From: Eledone cirrhosa
Taxonomy: Eukaryota
Direction of reading: 5' to 3'
DNA: 64,000 nt
Assembly: GCA_964016885.1 (NCBI GenBank)
Contig: OZ024740.1
Coordinates: 347,200,001-347,264,000, forward strand
In this document: positions 12,146 through 24,149 of the stretch, piece after piece
Layout: each line of letters begins with the position of its first letter
How positions within the stretch are numbered: the stretch's first letter is position 1
Position numbers and translations under genes: made by a program
The notes under the pieces: generated by a model
Databases searched by the model: none
Told to the model about the DNA's origin: nothing
Seen by the model: the letters and a program-made list of their open reading frames with translations, nothing else

Positions 12146-13883
12146 ATATTTATTAAAATAACAGATTAAAGTTTAAGCAAAGAATCGCTGCTTTCACCCT
12201 TAACGGGATCTTCTGAAACTAACAAAGTCAATCTGTAAACGCAGAACTGGATATTTCAAAAAACGTTGCAACCGGAGGAAGACAGGAAGACGATACTTTG
12301 GTTCATGGTGACGTTCGCTGGCAAAGAACGGGAAAAAAAACGAATAATACGTCATTAATAGGAGCGGTGAAAAACAATTACGTGCAAGGACAGAACCACG
12401 TTTATGGTATAAAAAAGGTCGTAGACTAATGTTCTCTAAGTGGTGCATAGAGACGTTCTCTGGCAATGAACGAAAAAACGAAGATAATAAGTCATATGTG
12501 GATCGTGGAGAACAATAGCGTGCAAAGACAAAACCACGTAAATGGTATAGCAGAAGTCGTAGACTAAAATTCTAACTAGGAGACCGAATGAATCTCCGCT
12601 ACAGAGTTAAGAACAAAGTAAATAAATACATTACAGAAGTAATAGGAACAAATAAATACATACACGCAAACAGATACGTACATACACAAGCATACGCAAA
12701 ACCTTACCATAGGTATACAAAACCACGCAATATAAATATGTGTATGTGTGTATGCTTGTGTACAAATAAATAAATAATTATATAAACGTATATAAGTAAA
12801 TAAATACGTATATAACAAGCGCACACACATACCTACAAATAAATACATGAAGGTTCGGAGACGTAAGTCAACTAAAACAAGAAGTACACATATACACACA
12901 CCCACCATACGTACGAACCTGCATACTCACGCAGACGCAAAACTCCCATATACACATAACCAAGCCCTAAATACCAGAATATGTAAAAATTATACGCCAA
13001 AACAGTCAAATATACGTACGAGAAGGTATACATACCTTCACAAAACATACGGGTAATATATACTTACCTATGAAAAAAGTAAAGGAATAAACAAAACATA
13101 TACTTAGCTCCCACATCAAGACGAAAATATCCACGTATAGATCGTGCTATCCGTTAGGGTATAACGTAGGGCTGTAATACAGGAAAGTTTTGTGCAATTT
13201 ATGTTTACAAGCCGAAATTGCCTCAGATTTTTTGTTTAAGATGTGGTCTGTGGCGTAAATTATTTATTTATTTGTACACAAGCATACACACATACACATA
13301 TTTATATTGCGTGGTTTTGTATACCTATGGTAAGGTTTTGCGTATGCTTGTGTATGTACGTATCTGTTTGCGTGTATGTATTTATTTGTTCCTATTACTT
13401 CTGTAATGTATTTATTTACTTTGTTCTTAACTCTGTAGCGGAGATTCATTCGGTCTCCTAGTTAGAATTTTAGTCTACGACTTCTGCTATACCATTTACG
13501 TGGTTTTGTCTTTGCACGTTATTGTTCTCCACGCTCCACATATGACTTATTATCTTCGTTTTTTCGTTCATTGCCAGAGAACGTCTCTATGCACCACTTA
13601 GAGAACATTAGTCTTCGACCTCTTTTATACCATAAACGTGGTTCTGTCCTTGCACGTAATTGTTTTTCACCGCTCCTATTAATGACGTATTATTCGTTTT
13701 TTTTCCCGTTCTTTGCCAGCGAACGTCACCATGAACCAAAGTATCGTCTTCCTGTCTTCCTCCGGTTGCAACGTTTTTTGAAATATCCAGTTCTGCGTTT
13801 ACAGATTGACTTTGTTAGTTTCAGAAGATCCCGTTAAGGGTGAAAGCAGCGATTCTTTGCTTAAACTTTAATCTGTTATTTTA

Positions 13884-13891
<8 letters not shown>
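12146..13891. mobile_element. Fold-back element with ~634-bp near-identical inverted arms and a ~478-bp spacer
   Basis: 12146-12779 is the reverse complement of 13258-13891. The mirrored ORFs 12200-12466 and 13571-13837 confirm this. HHR-like motif near each outer end. Confidence 0.9.
13817..13867 (+). ncRNA. Hammerhead-like motif with U4A core variant (mirror copy 12170-12220 on -)
   Basis: agttt-CAGAAGA-t.ccc(gttaa)ggg.t-GAAA-gca(gcgattctt)tgc-TT-aaact. Confidence 0.65.
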
Positions 13892-13970
<79 letters not shown>

Positions 13971-13971
<1 letters not shown>

Positions 13972-14133
13972 TAAGCTTCCACAGGACTAGAACTGTTTCA
14001 TTCGCGAGAATCATCAGGGAGCTGACTGTCAAGTTCTAGTCCTGTAGAAGTTTTTCTATATTAAATATTCATAGTCTGCCTTGTATTGAGTACCTTACTT
14101 ACTGTGGTTAACCCCGATTGAACCCGGGATAAA

Positions 14134-14137
<4 letters not shown>
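13971..14137. mobile_element. Small fold-back element with a degenerate HHR on - (13975-14022)
   Basis: acaggactagaac / gttctagtcctgt inverted repeat. The minus strand reads gctcc-CTGATGA-ttctcgcgaat-GAAA-cag(ttctagtc)ctg-TG-gaagc. Confidence 0.6.
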
Positions 14138-14184
<47 letters not shown>

Positions 14185-14303
14185 CATACATGCATACAAA
14201 CATACATAATATATATATATATATATAAGTATTGAAGATTCCGTTGGAAATTGAAAAAGTCATAAAAGTGAAGAATGCTCTATGTAAGTTACAGAGCTAA
14301 ATT

Positions 14304-14436
14304 TAATGTATAATAAACAATACAATATAAATACCTCAATTCCCGAATAAGACGAATACATGAAACGTCCTCATTTGTTCGTCTTATTCGGGAAACCTCT
14401 GGTAATGAGGTAATTATATTGTATTGTTTATTATAC

Positions 14437-14440
<4 letters not shown>
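14304..14440. repeat. Imperfect palindrome, possibly containing the 3' half of an HHR
   Basis: Arms taatgtataataaacaatacaatataa and cccgaataagacgaa with their complements. GAAA-cctc(tggtaat)gagg-TA at 14392-14412. Confidence 0.7.
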
Positions 14441-14511
<71 letters not shown>

Positions 14512-14528
14512 ATATATATTATGAATGT

Positions 14529-15041
14529 ATTCGTATTTTCCGGGATGTTAACATGCATATATATTTCATAAGTGTATAATAGATTTATTCACGTTAGTGC
14601 AGTCCCGGTTTCACACTCTGTGGTTATACATATATAACTTTATCATACATTTCAGCTGCTAGCGCACTTCTTACAATATATATATATAGAGAGAGAGGAA
14701 AATGTATGACCCCGACGGCAGAGCTCAAGCCGTTACGACGGCTATTTCTGGACCAGAAATAGCCGTCGTAACGACTTGAGCTCTGCCGTCGGGGTCATAC
14801 AATTTCGTATATATTGAGTACTCCCTAAGTATTGTATACTCTGGTGCGTTATGGTCCATATGGTTCCTTACCACACTTCGTTCGTTATATATATAGTTAG
14901 AAGTGCGCTAGCAGCTGAAATGTATGATAAAGTTATATCTGTGTAACTACAGAGTGTGTAACCGGGACTGCACCAACGTGAATAAATCTATTATACACTT
15001 ATCAAATATATATGCACGTTAACCTCCCGGAAAATACGAAT
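14529..15041. repeat. 143-bp inverted arms (14529-14671 / 14899-15041) enclosing a second palindrome
   Basis: Reverse-complement match with several substitutions. A further diverged direct copy lies at ~15241-15325. Confidence 0.85.
14703..14801. repeat. 99-bp GC-rich near-perfect palindrome
   Basis: Centre at A14752 (tttctgg-a-ccagaaa), one mismatch. Confidence 0.92.
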
Positions 15042-16234
15042 TGCCCAGAATAAATGATAGACATATTTCATCGATTTTATTGGATCCTCATCAAAAGGTT
15101 TTATATCATCCCATCAACCACAAGAAAACATGTATGGGTATATATACACATTCGTTTTTGTTTTATTGTGAAATGGACGTACAAATTTGCATATAAATAG
15201 CGCTTGTGATAGTATTTAATCAACATATATTGTAACAAGTTCGCTAGCGGAAGAAGTGTTTGATAAAGTTATATCTGTATAAATACAACGCGTGTAACTG
15301 CGAATGCACCAACGTGTATAAGTCTCATATGTATGCATATATATACTCATGTCTCATATGTAAGCATGAAAACACACATACACACACCACACACACAAAC
15401 ACACACACACACGCACACACACACACAGACACACACATATATATATATATTTATTTATATATTTATTTACATATACATTTACACACACGCTCACACATAT
15501 ATATCTACATTTATATAAATATATGTATGTATATATGTGTGTATATATATATATATATGTATGTGTATATGTGATTGCGTATATGCGTGTGAATGTGTGT
15601 ACGTGTATGTGTGCCTATGTGTGTTTAACCAATATATAAATGTAGATACACTTTTACAAATTCAACCCCATAGTCTAACCGTACTCATACATTCAAAGAA
15701 ACACGAGTTAATGCTAACACACATACATGCACGCACTCACATACTGAACCCATATATGCACACACCTAAACATATTTGTAGACACACCCAGGCATACACG
15801 GAGACTAGGATACATATAGACACTGAGATATGTGTAAAAAATGTAACACTCACACAGTATGACGTGAATACTCACGCACATCCCATACGCAATGAAACAC
15901 ATAAAAATAACGAATACACATTCATAAGAGCATACACAGGCATTTTTATAGACGGAATAGATTCGGGTGACACAAAAACTTGCATATAGTACGATCCTAA
16001 AATTTGAAATAGTATTTGAAGAGGACAAACCAGTGGGTTAATAGTAAGGAGAAAATGGGTAAGAGATAGAGTGAAGGCGAGATAGAGATAGGAAATACAG
16101 AGAAAGACACAGATAAATAGGCTTCCGTACAGACGTAGAGATTTAGAAACAAAGTGAGCCATGAAAAGTCAGTAACAATATACAGAATGTGTTAATATGT
16201 GTGTGTATGTATATATAGAATGTGTGTATATGTG

Positions 16235-16303
<69 letters not shown>

Positions 16304-16309
<6 letters not shown>

Positions 16310-17231
16310 ATATGAAACAAAAGAGGCTGTGTGCTTACTAAAAACAAGGTTTAGGATGGTGGTTAGGACGGAACAAGAGGAGAAAGGAAGAAAGGAGTTT
16401 CCTTCGTCAGCTGTAAATGTTTCCCGATCCGATGTTTCGGCGCTGAATTACAGGACATCGGTGGAGTTCGGGTGCGCCCGAGACCTTTTATTAATCAAAA
16501 GGCCAGGAGGAAATGGAGAGAGAAAGCAAAGAGAGGAAAATGTGGAAGAACAGAGGGGGTGGATGAGGAGAGGGGAAGAAAGGGGGAAGGGAAAAGGGGG
16601 AAAAATAGAAAAAGAATAGGATAAAAAAAGTGAGCAGGTCCCATCGTGGGAAGACACAGGTGAAAGAAACATGCAAAAGAGTAACCGTGGGAAAATAGGG
16701 AAGGTAAGTTGTGGCCAACCTGGGAGACTTTACCCTGGTGGTCAGCTACGACTCAGAGGTGGTATAATCTTGCTGCCTCTCACATAGACAGGAGAAAGTG
16801 AGAGAGAGACACGAGCAACCAAAAGTGAGGAGGAGAAGGGAAAGGGAGATAATCCAGAAGGGATTTTTTTACGACAGTGGTAAAAACGTGCGGCAATGAT
16901 TGCGAACAGAGAGGCCACCACGGCACGTTTAAACATGTCAATAATCAAAACCGAACGTATGGATAGAGAGACGGAGCGAGAGAGAAAAAAAAGGGGGGGG
17001 GGTTGAAGAGAAGAAGGGAAGAGAAAAGGGAGGGTCGATGCGAAAGTGAGGAGGGAACACAGATCGACCAAAGCAGGTAGGGTCACAGCGGTAAATACAA
17101 AATGATATGAAACGAAAGGAGTGTGTGGTTACTAAAACAAGGTTTAGGATGGTGGTTAGAACGGAACAAGAGGAGAAAGGAAGAAAGGTGTTTCCTTCGT
17201 CAGCTGTAAATGTTTCCCGATCCGATGTTTC
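16304..17231. mobile_element. Element with ~134-bp direct terminal repeats (partial tandem, pLTR-like)
   Basis: 16304-16438 is repeated with some divergence at 17099-17231. Purine-rich interior, flanked by (AT)n, no convincing ORF. Confidence 0.6.
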
Positions 17232-17315
17232 ATATATATATATATATATACACATACATACACACATATATATATATATATATACCCACACACACATATA
17301 TATATATATATATAT

Positions 17316-17575
17316 AAAATAAAATAAAATAAATAAGTCAAATGTTTAAAATGTGGCTTCGTTTATTTCAGTGAAATAACAACCCAACCAGGAACTGGAC
17401 GTATCAGAGTATTGACAAAGTTATACACCTCAACAACATGTGTACTCGTCTCTACCACACTAATTCGGACTGCCTGAAGAGGTCACAGCCAAAGATCGCT
17501 GTCACCGAAACATATATACCAGTAATAAACGAAGCCAAATTTTAAACATTTGACTTATTTATTTTATTTTATTTT
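17316..17575. mobile_element. Fold-back element with ~52-bp terminal inverted arms and an internal HHR
   Basis: 17316-17367 pairs with 17524-17575. Confidence 0.8.
17469..17523 (+). ncRNA. Hammerhead motif (slightly decayed)
   Basis: actgc-CTGAAGA-ggt.c.acagc(caaagatc)gctgt.c.acc-GAAA-catata-TA-ccagt. Confidence 0.7.
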
Positions 17576-18418
17576 ACATTACTCCGGAGTAACCAAACCA
17601 ACCTGCGCACCTCGACGAGTGCTCCAATCTGCATACTGAGGTGTTGGTATACAACCAACATATACTCAATATATATATATATTATCTTAGTGTGAGTGTA
17701 TGTATGTGTGTGTATGTATCTGTACGTGTGCATGTGTGTGCATACATTATAAATATATATATATATATGTGTGTGTGTGAGTGTGTGTGCGTGTGTGTGT
17801 GCGTGTGTGTGTGTGTGTGTGTCTGAGTGTGTGTGTGTGCACAGAAAGTGAAGTAAAAGAAGAACGGTATCAGGGAAAGAATGAATGAATGATGGAGAAG
17901 AGGTTTCGGATAGAGTAATAGGAGATGTAAAGGCTTGGGGATTGGAGAGCCACATAAGGCGATAATATAAGGAGGCTGCTGTGAAAAATGGAATGATAAC
18001 AAAACATTGTTTTGAATAATGTCTGTGTTTAAATATAGAAGTAAAACGTGAAGAAACGAAACACACAAACATCAATAATGAATTCCGAAAAGAAAAAGAA
18101 ACGAAAAAACATGTGTACAAAAAGAAAGTGTAAATAAATAAACAAATCACCCACATACAAAATAAACAAAACCTTTGATAAAATGTAAATAGTTGACGAG
18201 CAATGGTGCAACCACAGCAGAAAACAAACTGCAGAAGCAGCTCTTAGAACAATATCCAATTGAACAATAACAGCGCTGAATATTTTGTAACATAGACACA
18301 AGGCCAGGAATTATTGGCAGGAAAGAGTACTTTAGTCGATTAAATCTACACAGATTCTTTACAGGTCCTTTATTTCATAGGCCCCACTCCTCGGAAGGGC
18401 AGAAATAATATTAACAAT

Positions 18419-18570
18419 AATTGTTTCTACGTTAGGCACAAGGCCAGCAATTACCCTGTGCATTGCTGGTACTTTATTTTATCGAACCGATCCTGTAAGG
18501 ATGAAAGACAAAGTTAACCTTGGCGGGATTTGAACTCAGAATGGCAATGGCCGTAACTCTATACGTCAAT
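18419..18570 (-). mobile_element. tRNA-derived SINE with Nin/Deu-like core (partial)
   Basis: Homologous to the SINE at 43499-43685. B box gttcaaatc on the minus strand. Confidence 0.8.
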
Positions 18571-18932
18571 AATGGTTCCTAATTTGTGGCACATTGCCAC
18601 AAATCAGGCCTGCCAACCTCTAAAACCCCAAAAGCGGAGCGCCATGAAAAAAGTGCCCCAAATCAGGGAGAAATGGGGCAAAATAGGGATATTTTACATA
18701 ATGAAAGCTATACCCATTTTCACAAGACATCTCTCACCCACACCAAAGGGGAGGCGAGAACTCCCTGTCAGACGGGGAGAGTTGACAGATCTGCACAAGT
18801 ATGTGATGCAAGTGAACAACCAATTAAATTAATCACACTGTTTTAGAGGAACCTTATTTTCTTCACACTGAAAGAATGAGCTCAATTTGACACTTGGTGT
18901 GCTTTGAAATTAGAACGTAAACAACTGTAAAT

Positions 18933-19085
18933 AATTGTTTCTACTTTTGGCACAAGGCCAGCAATTACCCAGTGCATTACTAGTTCTTTACTTTATCGAC
19001 CCAGTAAGGATGAAAGGCAAAGTTAACCTCGGTGGGATTTGAACTCAGAATGGCAAGGGCCGTAACTCTACCGATACTGCCAAGG
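18933..19085 (-). mobile_element. tRNA-derived SINE (same family)
   Basis: Same core and tail. Boundaries approximate. Confidence 0.8.
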
Positions 19086-19236
19086 CTTCTTGTAAATCTT
19101 TCTAACGATTCTATCAAAACCACTGTAAATAATTATTAACTTTTTAAACATAGTCACTACGTCAGAAATCAAGAGGTGGGAATCAATTGATTTACCGACC
19201 TCAGTATTTGACTGGCATTATATATTCCTAAGTGAA

Positions 19237-19454
19237 GGGCGGTGGATTGGCAGTATCGGTAGAGGGTCGGACGCTATGCTTTGAAGCATTGAGTTACGGC
19301 CGGCCGTTTATGATCTGAGTTCAAATCCCGCTGAGTTTAACTTTGCCTTTCATCCTTACCGGGTCGATAAAATAAAGTGTCAGTAACGTACTGGGTCGAT
19401 TTAATCGACTTTTCTTTTCCTCCAAATCGTTGGCCTTGTGCCTAAATGAGAAAC
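19237..19454 (+). mobile_element. tRNA-derived SINE, full length, 21-bp TSD
   Basis: A box tggcagtatcgg, B box gttcaaatc, core gcctttcatccttaccgggtcgataaaataaagt. cattatatattcctaagtgaa occurs at 19216-19236 and 19455-19475. Confidence 0.9.
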
Positions 19455-19475
19455 CATTATATATTCCTAAGTGAA

Positions 19476-19650
19476 TTGGCAGTATCGGTAGAGGGTCGGA
19501 CGCCATGCTTTCCAGCATAGTTACGTCCCTTTACGGTCTGAGTTCAAATCCCGTCGAGGTTAACTTTGCCTTTCATCCTTACGGGGTCGATAAAATAAAG
19601 TACCAGTAATGTACTGGATAATTGCTGGCTGTGTGCCAAAACTAGAAACA
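19476..19650 (+). mobile_element. Second tandem SINE copy
   Basis: Same family, starts at the A box. Followed by the partial target remnant atatattcct. Confidence 0.88.
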
Positions 19651-21214
19651 CATATATTCCTGACCTCAGCAGAATTTGAAATGAGATGCCAAATATCACG
19701 AACAATTGCGAAAAATAAAACATTGTATCGAACACTCTAATGATTCTACCAATTGATTAAGATGTAATTAAGAGCAGCAGCAACACTAACAAACTGAAGC
19801 GTAACAACAGATACAGCAGCAACAAGAAATGTAGCAATACAATAAACACCATTTATCAAAATATATGAGGCTCATTATTGTTGCTCGAAACTGCAGCTAA
19901 ACCTCCCTCAAACCATACGCTACATTAATTGCATAATGTAAATGCCTGATAATAAAATAAAATGGTCACGGTTTGAATACCTCCGGTCATAGTTCCATTC
20001 GATTAGAAGTGATGTTGGACAAAACAGCAACACCAACAACAGCAGAAACAAGAAACTGCAGAGACACCAATATGGTCAGTTGAACTTTTAGAAATAGTTG
20101 CTCAACGTTTCTCAAATTTCACCATGTCACCTTTAAAAAATCATAGGAAAACGTAGTCCTGGATAGATTGCGCTTGTTTGAAAATTATAAGAGACAGTCA
20201 ATAGAGCAAAGTCTTTCATCAAAGCCGAATTAAGATGCTCATCAACAGTAATAACATGTTTAGGAATGATTGCTTCTATTCCTGGCATATAGACATAATT
20301 CTTTTTTTGGGGGAGGAGTGGGGGTCGATTATATCGATATCAGGAGATTGAAAACTAAGTTGACCATTTGGGATTTCAAATCCGAACGTAAACATTCGAA
20401 AATTTTGGATCACTCGGCGTATCTAATAAATTCGGAGGTATAAATTTCCTCCATCTTACTAAAACTGAAAAAACGACATGCAATAATATGCTTTTATAAA
20501 AATCAGTTAATCAAGATGTTTGGATAAAATTAACAATGCAGTTTGGAGTGGCTATTGTTTTAAAACCCATTGGTGAAAGCAAATGATACGTATCGATCTC
20601 ATAGGTTTCATCATTGAAGCATATTCTACTCACTGCCTGAGTTGAATAAAAGGTTAGATGGAAACTGAGAAAAACTGTCAATGCTTTGAGGGTGTTGCAC
20701 TTTATAACTCACCCGTTTTAAATCACGCTCTGCATATGACATTTGAGAGTCTTTAGCGGAATCCACTCTGCTGCAAACAGTCTAGTTAGGTGTCCTGTCT
20801 AAAGAAAACGTCTTGTCGTCATTCTAGCAGTCACGAATTCCACGAGAATACTGATAGACCCTACTCTTCAATCCCTTTAAATATTTATGGAAGAATAATA
20901 AATCAACAATATACATCCTAACATACATATTAACATCACCAGCAATAACTATACAAAGAATAACAGTGGAAACAGGACCACCATCAGTAAATACAAAGGA
21001 ATCAACACAATTTGTAGAGAGAAGTAGCTATGTGGTTCACCAAATTTACTAAAAATATTAAACAAATCTCACTCAAACCGACACTCGTAAATAAAGTTTG
21101 ATATATATATAATCCTGTAGAAGACATTTCTATATAAAATATGGATGCTTATACTCTACCAACATATTGAGTCCCTTCTTTATCTATGATCATCTACCTT
21201 TGTATATATCTATC

Positions 21215-21870
21215 TAGGGCGGGTAAAACTCCCGAGATCCATGGACGAGTTCTCTCCAGCGGTCTCTGTCCCTCATTATCGCTGCCATGTCCTGCGTCTC
21301 CAAGAGACCATTGTCTGTCCTTAGAGCATCAACATATGTTCACCTCAGTCTTCCTCTTCCAGTGGGTCTATGCAGGGGCTCCCATAGGAGCACTGAGTGC
21401 AGTGTCAACTCTAGATGTCGGTGAGCATGTCCAGCTAACCTCAGTCTCCTCTGTGTCACTTTTGAGCTGACTTTTGGGAGGCTCCCGTACAACTCTGAGT
21501 TCTTCATCCTCAGTGTATACTGAGTAATGTTCAGAGCCATCATCAGCATTCTCGTGTAGCACTCATCCACCATCTGAGTGAGTTTCTTTGTCAGTGTCCA
21601 AGTCTCAGACCTGTACAGCTGAGAAGGAATGAGATTAAGTCGAAATATCTGGTAGAGAATATTAAGAACCCAGAGAAGATTACTAATGAAGGCGGGAAGC
21701 CGCTAGAATTGGTTGAGGACGTCCTGTATTCGGTAGCAAAGATTGGAAATAAGGAAGATGATGTGGTCGAGAGGAAGAGCAAAGCCTGGGCGGCGTGCCA
21801 CAGTTTGAGATGGGTGTGGAAGTCGGACCTTCGTAAAGACCTGAAGATCCGCCTCTTCGTTGCTGTATTG
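21215..21870 (-). pseudogene. RTE-like LINE 3' fragment with 5' inversion
   Basis: Minus strand: LYRSETWTLTKK...YTRML...RRLRLAGH...GRGR. Plus strand 21709-21870: RKSKAWAACHSLRWVWKSDL...KIRLFVAV, the motif that normally lies directly upstream. Confidence 0.8.
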
Positions 21871-22214
21871 CATATATATATGACAGTTCATCGCCAACAA
21901 TTACGAGATCCAACCACGTGACAGATACCACTAAGTGCACATCTAGACATATGCGCAAGTAATAAGACACCCAAATTCCAAGTCTTCCCATTTTACCTTT
22001 GCGCTGACAATACAACAGAACAAATACGAATAAATAAGGAATATATGTTTATTCAAAATATAGACCGGCATTAAATATAGTTTAATATACATTATGTCAA
22101 CACGAAAACATGCTAACCATCCAAACAGTCACATATATACACACACACATAACACCTGGTACTTTAGAAAATATAAACCAGAACGAAATAAACCTTAACA
22201 TACGTTAATACTCT

Positions 22215-22715
22215 AACACCATAAAATGCTAACCATACTCCCCCCCCCCCCACACACACACACATAACACCCATACACACACACATAACACCCCCACACA
22301 CACACAAAATATATATATTCTCTCCATCTTAACATGCTAACCATACTCCCCCCCCCCACACACACACACATAACACCCATACACACACACATAACACCCA
22401 CACACACACACAAAATATATATATTCTCTCCATCTTAACATGGTAACCATACTCCCCCCCCCCCCCACACACACACATAACACCCATACACACACACATA
22501 ACACCCACACACACACACAAAATATATATATTCTCTCCATCTTAACATGCTAACCATACTCCCCCCCCCACACACACACACATAACACCCATACACACAT
22601 AACACCCACACACACACACAAAATATATATATTCTCTCCATCTTAACATGCTAACCATACTCCCACACACACACACATAACACCCACACATACACACACA
22701 TAACACCCATACACA
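22215..22715. repeat. Minisatellite, ~107-bp unit x ~4.5
   Basis: Repeated tctccatcttaacatgctaaccatact-(C)n-(CA)n-taacaccc...caaaatatatatattc. Confidence 0.92.
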
Positions 22716-22969
22716 CACACATATACACAACTTCCTCCCTCATTTCTACTAATCATCTTCCTACACACACACACACACACATACACACACAAGCACACAA
22801 ATAAACATACATATCTCTACTTTCTTTATTTCAATAGAAAGTCTGAATTCTGACACCCCAGCGAACCAGCCATATTCACTGAACCAGAACAATACTCCCA
22901 ATCCCATTTCTCTTGACCATTATCTTTTGTTGGCCACAAAATTCTCTAAAAGCCTCAAAACAAATTCCC

Positions 22970-23335
22970 AAATACGGGCGCGAAAATTAATGAACTTGTT
23001 CACGTGAGAGTCAAAATTTCATTTATAACCAATCAAATTACTTTTTTAATAAAGAAACTTCGTGAGCCACTTTTTGTAAGTAAAAAGAAATTCAAACACA
23101 AACTGGTGCGAAAGCTGATGTGCTTATTCACGTGACTGCATCAACCAAAAAAACTTCACTCATATATGAAAAAACAACCTGAGCTCCGCCCCGCTCCCTT
23201 TGTGTTTGAAGAACAAAGTAACGTGAACTGGCGCGAAATGTATTATACTTATTCACCAACAAATCAAATTACTTCTCTAAAAAGCTGGCATTTCGAGCCG
23301 CTTTTTGCCATATAAAACAAGTATCATTCAAAGAC
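22970..23335. promoter_or_regulatory. Three degenerate ~127-bp repeats with E2F-like, E-box, CCAAT and TTTGAA motifs
   Basis: GGCGCGAAA at 22977 and 23230, GGTGCGAAA at 23105. CACGTG at 23001 and 23129. CCAAT at 23029. GC box near 23186. Confidence 0.3.
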
Positions 23336-23483
23336 CAACCAGATGTGAGAAAACCACAAACCCTCCATCTCAATTCTACCTTTGAAAAGCAGAAGAACTG
23401 CGAAACCGGTAAAGGAACCAAATAAATATATATATATTTTTTAAAAAGACTTCAGTTGCATTTTCGATTTCATCTTTTTTCCT

Positions 23484-23551
<68 letters not shown>

Positions 23552-23576
23552 CGTGTTTGAGTGTGTATGTGTGTAT

Positions 23577-23900
23577 CAGGTCGCTCTCGAGTGCTTATGG
23601 TAACATGTAACCCAGTATAACCTGTCTCATTGTCGGGTCGTCGGCGACTAAACTGGCAACCACACCAAGCTAGCTTGGTCAGGAGGGTGATAGCTGGACA
23701 CCCTGCGGGATGAAATACGAGATCCGGCAAAGGGCGGAGGAACTCAGCAGAGTCAACGGGCATCCAAATAGTAATTCTTTTTTTTACCTGGGTGTGAAAA
23801 GCCCCCAGTTGTTGTCACAGCACCTTTCTAAGAGAGGGAAACTCTATAAAAAATAACCTGCAGCTTCGGAAGCACCCGATGATGTTAAACTGCTAAGTTG
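23577..23900 (+). mobile_element. Probable RTE-like LINE 5' end fragment
   Basis: Homologous to 2528-3135(-). Contains a gagagggaaactct motif. Confidence 0.55.
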
Positions 23901-24149
23901 CTTGCATGTGTGCGTGCTGAACTCTGGGTCTTTCCGCTGGGAACAACCCCTTGTTTTCTCCCGCCCCCTTTTTGTGTACATCTATCCTTTCACTCATTCA
24001 TTTACTGCCATTGTACCTTCCTGTGTCTCCACCTCCATGCAGCGCCTTTTCGCTCTCGTTTCTGGCACCTCCATATATATAGGTAAGCTATGCGGCCCTC
24101 TTACCAGCACATTCCCTTCCACCTACACACGCCAGCGACCCACCCCTGA

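Noticed and set aside
12200-13837. Mirrored 88-aa ORFs MPENVSMHH...
   Set aside because: By-product of the inverted repeat; non-ATG start and no domain.
16404-16410. CTGACGA as a complete hammerhead
   Set aside because: No correctly placed GAAA/stem III found, so not called as a ribozyme.
19237-19335. tRNA gene
   Set aside because: A/B boxes are present but continue into a SINE core and tail with TSDs, so this is a SINE head.
22215-22715. CRISPR-like periodicity
   Set aside because: The sequences between the constant blocks are themselves repeated low-complexity DNA; eukaryotic context and no cas genes.
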